Assembly: GCA_040222015.1 (NCBI GenBank)
Contig: JAVJWO010000177.1
Span: 1-19,403, forward strand
DNA: 19,403 nt
Direction of reading: 5' to 3'
Origin: Coleofasciculus chthonoplastes F2-STO-03
GTDB taxonomy: Bacteria > Cyanobacteriota > Cyanobacteriia > Cyanobacteriales > Coleofasciculaceae
Position numbers and translations under genes: made by a program. The notes beneath the pieces were generated by a model that was not told where the DNA came from, searched no databases, and saw only the letters and a list, made by a program, of their open reading frames with translations. This document shows, piece after piece, positions 1 to 7,530 of the stretch (positions within the stretch are counted from its first letter, which is position 1; each line of letters opens with the position of its first letter).

Positions 1-2
1 AC

Positions 3-810
3 TATTCTCAAGGACGCTACCAGGAAGCAGAACCGCTTTATCTAGACGCTTTAGCACTGAGAAAACGCCTGCTGGGAGAAAATCATCCCGATGTCGCTGC
101 TAGCCTGAATAATTTAGCCGGACTCTACTGTTCTCAAGGACGCTACGACAAAGCTGAACCTTTGGTAATAGAAGCCTTAGCACTGAGAAAACGCCTGCTG
201 GGAGAAAATCATCCCGATGTTGCTGCTAGCCTGAATAATTTAGCAGCACTCTACGATTCTCAAGGACGCTACCAGGAAGCAGAACCGCTTTATCTAGACG
301 CTTTATCACTGAGAAAACGCCTGCTGGGAGAAAATCATCCCGATGTTGCTGCTAGCCTGAATAATTTAGCATTACTCTACGATTCTCAAGGACGCTACCA
401 GGAAGCAGAACCGCTTTATCTAGACGCTTTAGCACTGAGAAAACGCCTGCTGGGAGAAAATCATCCCGATGTCGCTGCTAGCCTGAATAATTTAGCATTA
501 CTCTACAAATCTCAAGAACGCTACCAGGAAGCAGAACCGCTTTATCTAGAAGCTTTAGCACTGAGAAAACGCCTGCTGGGAGAACATCATCCTGATGTTG
601 CTACTAGCCTGAATAATTTAGCAGGACTCTACACATCTCAAGGACGCTACCAGGAATCTGAATCTATTTTTCTAGAAGCTTTAGCCATGAAAAAACGCCT
701 GCTGGGAGAAAATCATCCCTATGTTGCTACTAGCCTGAATAATTTAGCAGGACTCTACTATTCTCAAGGACGCTACGAGGAAGCTGAACCTCTGTATCTA
801 GAGGCTTTAG
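3..810 (+). repeat. Near-identical 126-bp tandem repeats encoding the TPR units
   Basis: 'ctgagaaaacgcctgctgggagaaaatcatcccgatgt' recurs every 126 bp (about 56, 183, 309, 435, 561, 687). Confidence 0.93.
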
Positions 811-908
811 CCATTGCCGATCGCACGTTAGGCTCTAATCATCCCAATACTGTCACTTTCCGTAAGAATCTGCAACTCCTGCGCGATAAATTACGCCATT
901 CTCCCTGA
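3..908 (+). CDS. Tetratricopeptide-repeat protein (42-aa kinesin-light-chain-like TPRs), 5'-partial
   Basis: The frame is open from position 3 (YSQGRYQEAEPLYLDAL...) into the 162..908 ORF. It has about 7 repeats of 'HPDVAASLNNLAxLYxSQGRYQEAEPLYLEALALRKRLLGEN' and a typical 'HPNTVTFRKNL' end. The start lies upstream of the window. Confidence 0.93.
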   Translation, partial: YSQGRYQEAEPLYLDALALRKRLLGENHPDVAASLNNLAGLYCSQGRYDKAEPLVIEALALRKRLLGENHPDVAASLNNLAALYDSQGRYQEAEPLYLDALSLRKRLLGENHPDVAASLNNLALLYDSQGRYQEAEPLYLDALALRKRLLGENHPDVAASLNNLALLYKSQERYQEAEPLYLEALALRKRLLGEHHPDVATSLNNLAGLYTSQGRYQESESIFLEALAMKKRLLGENHPYVATSLNNLAGLYYSQGRYEEAEPLYLEALAIADRTLGSNHPNTVTFRKNLQLLRDKLRHSP

Positions 909-963
909 ATAGGTATTTCAGCCCTTAACAGTACCTAATCTTATAGTGGGAAGGGAGTAAGCT

Positions 964-1010
964 AGTCCGCGCAGGCGGACTTTGTTTGTGTAGCTGCGAC
1001 TTCTAGTCGC
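964..1010. repeat. Double-hairpin short dispersed (REP-like) repeat
   Basis: AGTCCGC-gcag-GCGGACT (964-981), then GTAG and GCGACT-tct-AGTCGC (996-1010), downstream of the TPR gene. It could double as a terminator or RNA-stability hairpin. Confidence 0.6.
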
Positions 1011-1066
1011 CAGGGCAAAAAAGGGGTTCTTCGTTAACGTACCCTAGGAGTTCTGATGGTTGGTTC

Positions 1067-1094
1067 GGTGCGTTACTTCGTTAACGCACCCTAC
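1067..1094 (-). repeat. GTAG-family REP palindrome
   Basis: Minus strand GTAG-GGTGCGTTA-acgaag-TAACGCACC. A degenerate partial copy lies at about 1030-1047 (ttcgttaacgtaccctag). Confidence 0.7.
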
Positions 1095-1204
1095 GAGTTC
1101 ACCAATGGAGTGATTGAAGTGCGATCGCACGTTTCTATTCCAGTCCAATATCCTTCCTTGGTTATCATAAAATCATACAATGTTCGCCCGGTGATAGTAC
1201 GTCT

Positions 1205-1810
1205 ATGACCCAAGCTTCCCTACTTACTTTACCTTCCACTGATCAACGTATTGTCTATTCCAGCATTACCTGGGAACAGTTCAAGCTAATTCAGGCTGGT
1301 TTTACCAACTCTCCGGGTATTCGACTGGCTTACTATAACAGCACGATTGAAATTATTATGCCGGGACGCGAACATGAAATGTTGAGTCGGCTCATCGGCT
1401 TTTTAATCGGGTTATTTTGCCTAGAAAACGCCATTGAATTTGAACCCACGGGTTCCATGACTCAAGAGCGAGAAGGAGTCGTTTCTGCTCAAGCCGATGA
1501 ATCTTACTGTTTTGGTTCATCCAAACCCATTCCCGATCTCGTTATCGAAGTTGTAGTCACCAGTGGGGATACGAACAAACTGAAGCGATATCAGGCATTA
1601 GAAGTACCAGAAGTCTGGTTTTGGCAAGATGGTTTATTTAGCCTCTATCGCCTACGGAATAATCAGTACAAAAAAATTATCCGCAGCGAAATTCCCGAAC
1701 TGGCAACGCTGAGTATTGACTTGCTCACCCGTTGCGTGTTGATGGCTCAGACTTCTCGGTTGGAAGCAGCCAAAGAGTTTCGCAACGCCCTTAAATCGTC
1801 ATCGGCTTAA
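1205..1810 (+). CDS. Uma2-family (PD-(D/E)XK-like) putative endonuclease
   Basis: Typical cyanobacterial Uma2 motifs: ITWEQF, MPGREHE, GSMT, QADESYC, PDLVIEVVVTS, Y..LEVPEVWFW. Confidence 0.9.
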   Translation: MTQASLLTLPSTDQRIVYSSITWEQFKLIQAGFTNSPGIRLAYYNSTIEIIMPGREHEMLSRLIGFLIGLFCLENAIEFEPTGSMTQEREGVVSAQADESYCFGSSKPIPDLVIEVVVTSGDTNKLKRYQALEVPEVWFWQDGLFSLYRLRNNQYKKIIRSEIPELATLSIDLLTRCVLMAQTSRLEAAKEFRNALKSSSA

Positions 1811-2641
1811 CTTTAAAAATTGCCGCACCCCTTGAAGATAAACATCCGGGGCTTCCAACATCGGGAAATGAGCCGTATCAGGAATTTCCCAATACTCCAC
1901 CTTCTCACTCAACGCGGCTGCCCGTTGTCCCAACACAGATGGAATAATCTGATCATATTCCCCTGCCACTAATAACGTTGGTACAGTTAACTGGGCAAAT
2001 TCCGATGGCATCACCTCCGCCGCATACTTACTCACCGACGTTAACATCGTCCCCAATGCAGCATCATAATCCGCTATGATAAAATCTTCTAAAAATGCCC
2101 GACTTATGGTTCCCGGTAGGGGACGATGCAAAAATCGCGCCATAAACAACGCCCCGGCAAAGGGAATGCGTAGAAACCAGCGGGGGCGGTATTTTACCAC
2201 ATAACCGCCAAACTTATGAAAAGCGGCAAAGGATTTTTCCTCGTATTCAAAAATACCGCTACAAGTTAAAATAGCCCGTTCCACTTGCTCCGGATAGCGG
2301 TTGAGAAACATCGTCGCCACAGACGCGCCCAGGGAATGAGCATTTATATAGACGCGATTGAGGGCGAGCATCTCTAACAATATCGCCAAATCTTCGGCAT
2401 AGTCCTCCATTTCATAGAGTAACCCAACCGGTTCTGGGGGAAGTCGCGATCGCCCAAATCCGCGCAAATCGTAAAGCAAACAATTAAACTGATCCGACAG
2501 CGCTTCAGCCGTACTTTGCCAATACCGAGCCGAACCGCCCCAACCATGAATAAACACCATGACAGGCTTATCATCCAAGGGCTGGGACGTAGCCATCCAC
2601 TCGTAGTAATGATCGACGCCGCGAACGTTAACTAGAGGCAT
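1799..2641 (-). CDS. Alpha/beta-fold hydrolase
   Basis: HGWGG oxyanion motif, DLRGFGRS, AHSLG nucleophile elbow, GEYD acid and AHFP His. The 3' end overlaps the convergent Uma2 gene by 12 bp. Confidence 0.92.
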   Translation of the reverse strand: MPLVNVRGVDHYYEWMATSQPLDDKPVMVFIHGWGGSARYWQSTAEALSDQFNCLLYDLRGFGRSRLPPEPVGLLYEMEDYAEDLAILLEMLALNRVYINAHSLGASVATMFLNRYPEQVERAILTCSGIFEYEEKSFAAFHKFGGYVVKYRPRWFLRIPFAGALFMARFLHRPLPGTISRAFLEDFIIADYDAALGTMLTSVSKYAAEVMPSEFAQLTVPTLLVAGEYDQIIPSVLGQRAAALSEKVEYWEIPDTAHFPMLEAPDVYLQGVRQFLKLSR

Positions 2642-2677
2642 TCTTGATTCGTTTCGATACCACCACTGATAACAATA

Positions 2678-4018
2678 TTATGCCGATTCTGGTTTGGGTA
2701 GGGATGACGGATGCAGCAACAATTCCGCTGTCGAGCGTTTCTCTACCATTTCCCGGGTAATCGTACAGCGAGTCACATCCTTGCGCGAGGGCAATTCGTA
2801 CATCACCTCTAGCATCAACTCTTCCACAATACCCCGCAGCGCTCGCGCTCCCGTTTTCCGCCGATAGGCTTCTTGGGCAATGGCTCGCAGCGAGTCTTCG
2901 GTAAACCCAAGCTGCACATTGTCCATCTTCAACAACTTCTGATATTGCTTCACCAAAGCATTGCGCGGCTGGGTCAAAATCGCGATCAGAGCTTCTTCAT
3001 CCAAGGGATCAACCACCGCCGCGATGGGAATACGACCGATAAATTCCGGAATCATCCCGAACTTCACCAAGTCATCGGGTTCTAAATGTCGCAGTAAATC
3101 CGCCGCCCGTTTTTCTTTAGATTGACCTTCTCCCGGCTGGATAAAGCCGATTGAGCGCTTACCAAAACGCTGTTCAATCACCTTCTCTAGACCGACAAAG
3201 GCACCACCACAAATGAATAATATATTACCTGTATCAATCTGAATGCAGTCTTGATAGGGATGCTTTCGTCCGCCCTGAGGTGGCACATTGGCAACGGTTC
3301 CCTCAAGCATCTTCAGTAACGCTTGCTGAACCCCTTCCCCAGAAACATCCCGCGTAATCGAAGGGTTTTCGCTCTTACGGGCAATTTTATCAATTTCATC
3401 GATATAAATAATTCCCCGTTGTGCTTCTTCAACATCCAAATCTGCTACCTGCAACAGCCGTAGTAAGATGTTCTCAACATCTTCACCCACATAACCCGCT
3501 TCCGTCAGCGTTGTCGCATCGGCAACGGCAAAGGGGACATCAAGTACAGCCGCTAAGGTTTGCGCCAGTAAGGTTTTACCACAACCCGTGGGTCCGAGGA
3601 GCAAAATATTCGACTTTTGCAGTTCCACCGGATCATCTGATCCAGCTTTGCCCTTTGCCTTGGCTTCAAGAAAACTTAGGCGCTTATAGTGGTTATAAAC
3701 AGCCACGGAGAGAACTTTTTTCGCATCGTCCTGACCGATGACATGTTCGTCAAGATAGTTTTTCAGTTCCCGAGGTTTAGGAATCTGATTCAGTGACAAA
3801 CCCGAAGCCCGAGTGCGACGTTTTTGTGGGGGTTCTGAGCGGGGAACTTGCTGGGGAGCCGGAGCGCTGGAATCAAGCAACTCCTCATCTAAAATTTCGT
3901 TACATAAATCTACACATTCGTCGCAAATGTAGACTCCCGGTCCCGCAATTAACTTGCGAACCTGCTCTTGAGACTTGCCACAAAATGAACATTTTAGATG
4001 GGAGTCGTATTTAGACAT
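2678..4018 (-). CDS. clpX: ATP-dependent Clp protease ATP-binding subunit ClpX
   Basis: CSFC...CDEC zinc finger, Walker [13 protein letters not shown] pore loop, Walker [12 protein letters not shown] motif, IGF loop and GARALR sensor. Confidence 0.99.
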   Translation of the reverse strand: MSKYDSHLKCSFCGKSQEQVRKLIAGPGVYICDECVDLCNEILDEELLDSSAPAPQQVPRSEPPQKRRTRASGLSLNQIPKPRELKNYLDEHVIGQDDAKKVLSVAVYNHYKRLSFLEAKAKGKAGSDDPVELQKSNILLLGPTGCGKTLLAQTLAAVLDVPFAVADATTLTEAGYVGEDVENILLRLLQVADLDVEEAQRGIIYIDEIDKIARKSENPSITRDVSGEGVQQALLKMLEGTVANVPPQGGRKHPYQDCIQIDTGNILFICGGAFVGLEKVIEQRFGKRSIGFIQPGEGQSKEKRAADLLRHLEPDDLVKFGMIPEFIGRIPIAAVVDPLDEEALIAILTQPRNALVKQYQKLLKMDNVQLGFTEDSLRAIAQEAYRRKTGARALRGIVEELMLEVMYELPSRKDVTRCTITREMVEKRSTAELLLHPSSLPKPESA

Positions 4019-4028
4019 AAGGAGCCTC

Positions 4029-4760
4029 TTACTTAATAGAAGTGACGGTGGCTTCGCTCTTGAGATTCTCTCGCGAGATAACTTGGTCTACTAAACCATA
4101 CTCTTTGGCTTCCGCTGCTGACAGAAAAAAGTCGCGCTCAGTATCCGTGGCGATTCTTTCATAAGGTTGACCCGTATGATACGCCATTAGCTCATTGAGC
4201 TGATTTTTATGATATAAAATTTCCTTCGCTTGGATTTCAATGTCAACGGCTTGTCCTTGGGCGCCACCTAGGGGTTGACTGATCATGATCCGGGCATTGG
4301 GCAGGGACATACGTTTTCCAGGGGTTCCCCCGGTTAGTAGAATCACGCCCATATCCGTCGCCGCACCAAAACATATTGTGACAATATCGGGACGAATCTG
4401 TTGCATTGTATCGTAGATCGCCATTCCCGCAATCACTCCCCCGAGTCCAAGAATGGGACCACCGGGGGAGTGAATGTAAAGCTGGATATCTTTGGTGGGA
4501 TCTTCGGCTTCTAAATACAAAAGCTGGGCAATGATCGAGTCAGCCACTACATCATTGATTCTTGTTCCCAGAAACACAATCCGTTCCCGCAGTAGCCGCG
4601 AGTAGATATCAAACGCCCGTTCCCCGACGCCAGACTGTTCAACCACCATCGGGACGATGTTGCTTGAATTTGAATGACTATTTGTACTAGTACTAACAGA
4701 GTAAATTTCCGGGGAACTCCAGCTTGTAAATGAGTAGTCAGGGAACTGGGATTGCAGCAT
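4029..4760 (-). CDS. clpP: ClpP-family subunit (ClpP2 position) with substituted catalytic Ser and His; predicted inactive
   Basis: VPMVVEQ...[33 protein letters not shown] and ERDFF motifs; lies between tig and clpX. Canonical AASMG reads ATDMG and MIHQP reads MISQP. Confidence 0.95.
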   Translation of the reverse strand: MLQSQFPDYSFTSWSSPEIYSVSTSTNSHSNSSNIVPMVVEQSGVGERAFDIYSRLLRERIVFLGTRINDVVADSIIAQLLYLEAEDPTKDIQLYIHSPGGPILGLGGVIAGMAIYDTMQQIRPDIVTICFGAATDMGVILLTGGTPGKRMSLPNARIMISQPLGGAQGQAVDIEIQAKEILYHKNQLNELMAYHTGQPYERIATDTERDFFLSAAEAKEYGLVDQVISRENLKSEATVTSIK

Positions 4761-4979
4761 AGAACAAGGATTAAAGTATTTGTGTCAACAAGTGAATGGT
4801 TTTCCCGGCAGGTTTGAACACAGATGTTCTCCGGAAGCCTTGGGCGGGAGTTACCCACGTTAACTTCTAGTTACCATTATGCCTTAGCAACATCAATAAG
4901 TGCTGAAGATAGCGATTAAATCTTTTGCCCAAGACTGATCGCTCCTGCTTGTTCTGGGTTAACTCCCCAACCCCCAAGT

Positions 4980-6431
4980 TTATTCGCTCGTTGCCGTTTG
5001 CTCAGAAGCATCAGGGGTGGGTGATGGTTCCTCGCTTTCCTGATCAGCTGTGGCTTCAGGTTGAGCGGTGGTCTCTTCACTTGCCTCAGAGACAGATTCT
5101 GTTTCTTCTGTTTCTAGTGATCCTTCCGGAACCAGTTCAATGGTAGCGTGTTCTTCCAACCATTGAATCGCTTTCTCTTTGAGCAAATCCGACTTGACGA
5201 ACTCCCGCAAGCGTTGTGGATCGACATCTTGCCCTGCCAATTGTTTCATCACTTCCTGACATTTGGCATCCATCTGTTCATCATCCACAGTCAGGGATTC
5301 CCGTTTCGCCAGTTCCTCAAGGGTAAGGGATTGGCGCAGCCGTGCGATCGCATCAGGGCGGGAACGCTGACGCAGTTGGGGCATCATTTCCGCTGTGAAC
5401 ACTTTCTGCAGATCCATCCCATAGTTTTCCATCTGGATCGCCGTCTGGGTTAATATCGTTTGAATTTCCTGCCCAATCAGGGTTTCGGGTAGGTCAATCT
5501 CAACTTGTGCCACCAGCGCTTCGAGCAGAGCATTTTCCTTATTCGTTTTGGTTTCTTGCTCAGCTTTTTCAGCAAATTGTTTTGCCAAGGATTCGCGCAA
5601 TTCGCTGATGGTTTCCTCTTCGCTAATGTCTTGGGCGAAGTCGTCGTCGAGTTCCGGTAACTCTTTTTCCTTGAGTTCTTTGAGGGTAAGGGTAAAGACA
5701 GCACTCTGGTTGGCTAAATCCTCTCGTGGATAATCCTCCGGAAATGTCACCGACACCTCTTTGGTTTCCCCCGGTGTCATGCCCACAATTCCCTGAACAA
5801 TGTCAGCCAGAAACCGTCCTTCTTCGAGTTCTAGCTGAAAGTCAGTCGCCTCACCGCCAGAAATATCAACGGCTTCCTCTCCCTCAGGTGTCAAACGACC
5901 TTTATAATCCACAACGGTCACATCACCCATTTGGGCAGGGCGCGATTCGACGGGAATCAGCGTGGCGTGCTGAACCTGGCGTTCTGCTAAAAAATTATCC
6001 ACCGCGTCAGGATCGGGTTTTACTTCTTCAGCTTGAACACTGAGATTCCCGTAGTCTCCCAAATTGATGTCTGGCGGCACATCCACCGATGCCGAGAATG
6101 TTAACGGTTGTCCCGGCTGGAACTGACTCAGTAGTTCTTCAAATGTGGAAACTAGCTGGTAGTTGCCCAGTGCCTCAATGGTTTCTTGGCTCAGGGCGTC
6201 CCGTAAACTATTTTGTACCAAATCTTCCAGCGCCGCTTCTTTGATCCGTCCAGGACCAAGACGCTGGAGCAAAATTTGACGCGGCACCTTTCCCTTGCGA
6301 AACCCAGGAATGTTGGCAGAGCGGGCAAGATTTTGCACGACCTTCTCGTAGACCTTCTTGGTCGTTTCGGCAGGAATTTCAATTTCCAGACCGAGTTGGC
6401 TCTTGGGGAGTTTTTCCTGAGTAACTTTCAT
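4980..6431 (-). CDS. tig: Trigger factor
   Basis: MKVTQEKLP start, GFRKGKVP ribosome-binding signature, FKBP-like middle domain, acidic tail, and tig-clpP-clpX synteny. Confidence 0.99.
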   Translation of the reverse strand: MKVTQEKLPKSQLGLEIEIPAETTKKVYEKVVQNLARSANIPGFRKGKVPRQILLQRLGPGRIKEAALEDLVQNSLRDALSQETIEALGNYQLVSTFEELLSQFQPGQPLTFSASVDVPPDINLGDYGNLSVQAEEVKPDPDAVDNFLAERQVQHATLIPVESRPAQMGDVTVVDYKGRLTPEGEEAVDISGGEATDFQLELEEGRFLADIVQGIVGMTPGETKEVSVTFPEDYPREDLANQSAVFTLTLKELKEKELPELDDDFAQDISEEETISELRESLAKQFAEKAEQETKTNKENALLEALVAQVEIDLPETLIGQEIQTILTQTAIQMENYGMDLQKVFTAEMMPQLRQRSRPDAIARLRQSLTLEELAKRESLTVDDEQMDAKCQEVMKQLAGQDVDPQRLREFVKSDLLKEKAIQWLEEHATIELVPEGSLETEETESVSEASEETTAQPEATADQESEEPSPTPDASEQTATSE

Positions 6432-6850
6432 CTGTCTTCCCCCGTGGAGGTCTCCACCATAGCTGTACTCAGCTTGGTGGTGGGAGGAAACGGGGGGCAG
6501 ATCTCGACTCCGCTCGATACAAGTGGTCTAGGCAATATATCCATAACTGATTGGTTTTTCAACTGAAATACAGTGCAGGTTTTTTGATGGGAAACCTACA
6601 AAACCAACTCGGATTACTCCGGTAATGTTAGCTTAGACAATGTTAGTGGTCGGTACTTTCTCAAAAGCACTGCCTCCCAGATGACTGTTTAACTTTTGAG
6701 TTTTAGAGCTACAGACTAGCTACGCATCCGTAGGTAAGAACTTAAACACTTGCCACTAACGTAGGCATTCCTGCCTGAGTCGGGTCAACTCGGGCTATCT
6801 TACCAGCCCCCGTTATAATCGGTACTCCGATTTAACGGTGGGTTGTTGAC
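6432..6850 (-). mobile_element. Non-autonomous IS200/IS605 (IscB-type) element with omega-RNA, no tnpA or iscB ORF
   Basis: Two subterminal hairpins share one architecture on the + strand: CCACCA-t-AGCTG-tact-CAGCT-TGGTGG-TGGG (6454-6484) and CCGTTA-t-AATCGG-tact-CCGATT-TAACGG-TGGG (6810-6842). It is flanked by TTCAT (6427-6431) on one side and ends in TTGAC (6846-6850). There are no terminal inverted repeats and no target duplication. Exact ends are inferred. Confidence 0.85.
6608..6850 (-). ncRNA. HEARO / IscB omega-RNA scaffold (orphan)
   Basis: Minus strand reads GTCAACAACCC...GGGGGCT...AGCCCGAGTTGACC...CTACGTT...ACCTACGGATGC..GCTAGTCTGTAGCTCT...GTTAAACAG...GGCAGTG...AACATTGTCTAAGCTAACATTACC, the motif order I recognise for HEARO. 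Visible helices: GTCAAC/GTTGAC (6850-6845 with 6789-6784), GTTAGTGG/CCACTAAC (6760-6753 with 6649-6642), CTCAAAAG/CTTTTGAG (6700-6693 with 6667-6660), and a terminal CGGA-GTAA-TCCG GNRA hairpin. Confidence 0.88.
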
Positions 6851-6875
6851 TGACGCTTGTTTTGGAGACAACTGA

Positions 6876-6881
6876 ATTTTA
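6876..6881 (-). promoter_or_regulatory. Candidate -10 element (TAAAAT) for the omega-RNA/tig transcript
   Basis: TAAAAT on the minus strand, 25 nt upstream of the scaffold start. There is no good -35, so the support is positional only. Confidence 0.3.
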
Positions 6882-7530
6882 GCTCTTTCGGGGGGACGCA
6901 TCACGCTCACTCAACAGTAGAGCGTGAGATGAATAACGAATGATTCAACAGGTTTGTGATCATCGAGTTCTTTTAGAGGGTAATCCAAACACCTCATGAT
7001 ATGCTAGTCTAAACAACGAGTTATTTTGATTTCTAGTCATTGTTTCAGGGTATAAAAGAGACATAGATTGAATCGGTCGGGCGGGGTTTCCGTATCTGAT
7101 GATAGTACATTCAGAGCGTCTACAGCAGCGAATCTACCCCTAAACCAGCTAGGCTAGGCAAAAGGTTTCCACTGTCGAAGCCAGGAGAACTCGAACCGCC
7201 TGTTCTAGCAGACGTAGCCAACTACGTCTAGAAGCCGGGATATGAATTGATCTGCCTACTCATCAACTCTGAACGAGAACTGTTATCGTTAATTTGTCCC
7301 GTTAAGGGCAAGCCGACGGTAATATCTCAGTCAATTGGCGCGACTATCGGTCTGTCGTGTTATCACAAGACAAGAATCGCCTTTGTGCAAATCTTATGGA
7401 TTTTGTCAGAATATAGATTACATATTTCCCTTAAATAATGTTTTAAGATTAAGAAAATTTAATTGTTTTTTTTGCTACGTTAAGTCACTGTCCACAGAAT
7501 CGATGTGTTAAAAAATTGGAGGTAGATCGT

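Noticed and set aside
1205..1810. Uma2 plus TPR gene as a defence system
   Set aside because: Uma2 genes are highly multicopy and scattered in cyanobacteria. The two genes are separated by REP hairpins with no sign of coupling.
6213..6566. 117-aa plus-strand ORF crossing the tig start
   Set aside because: Antisense shadow of tig plus the element end, with no TnpA HUH/Tyr or IscB motifs.
6432..6850. Group I or II intron (IStron) reading of the structured insert
   Set aside because: I see no group II domain V and no group I P7 core. The omega-RNA plus IS end hairpins account for the sequence.
7170..7240. tRNA-like GGTTCGAGT on the minus strand
   Set aside because: The T-stem would be mismatched (GGCGG/TCTCC), and there is no acceptor stem, D-arm or CCA end.
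7247..7438. 63-aa ORF upstream of asd
   Set aside because: TTG start without SD and no recognisable motif; probably promoter DNA.
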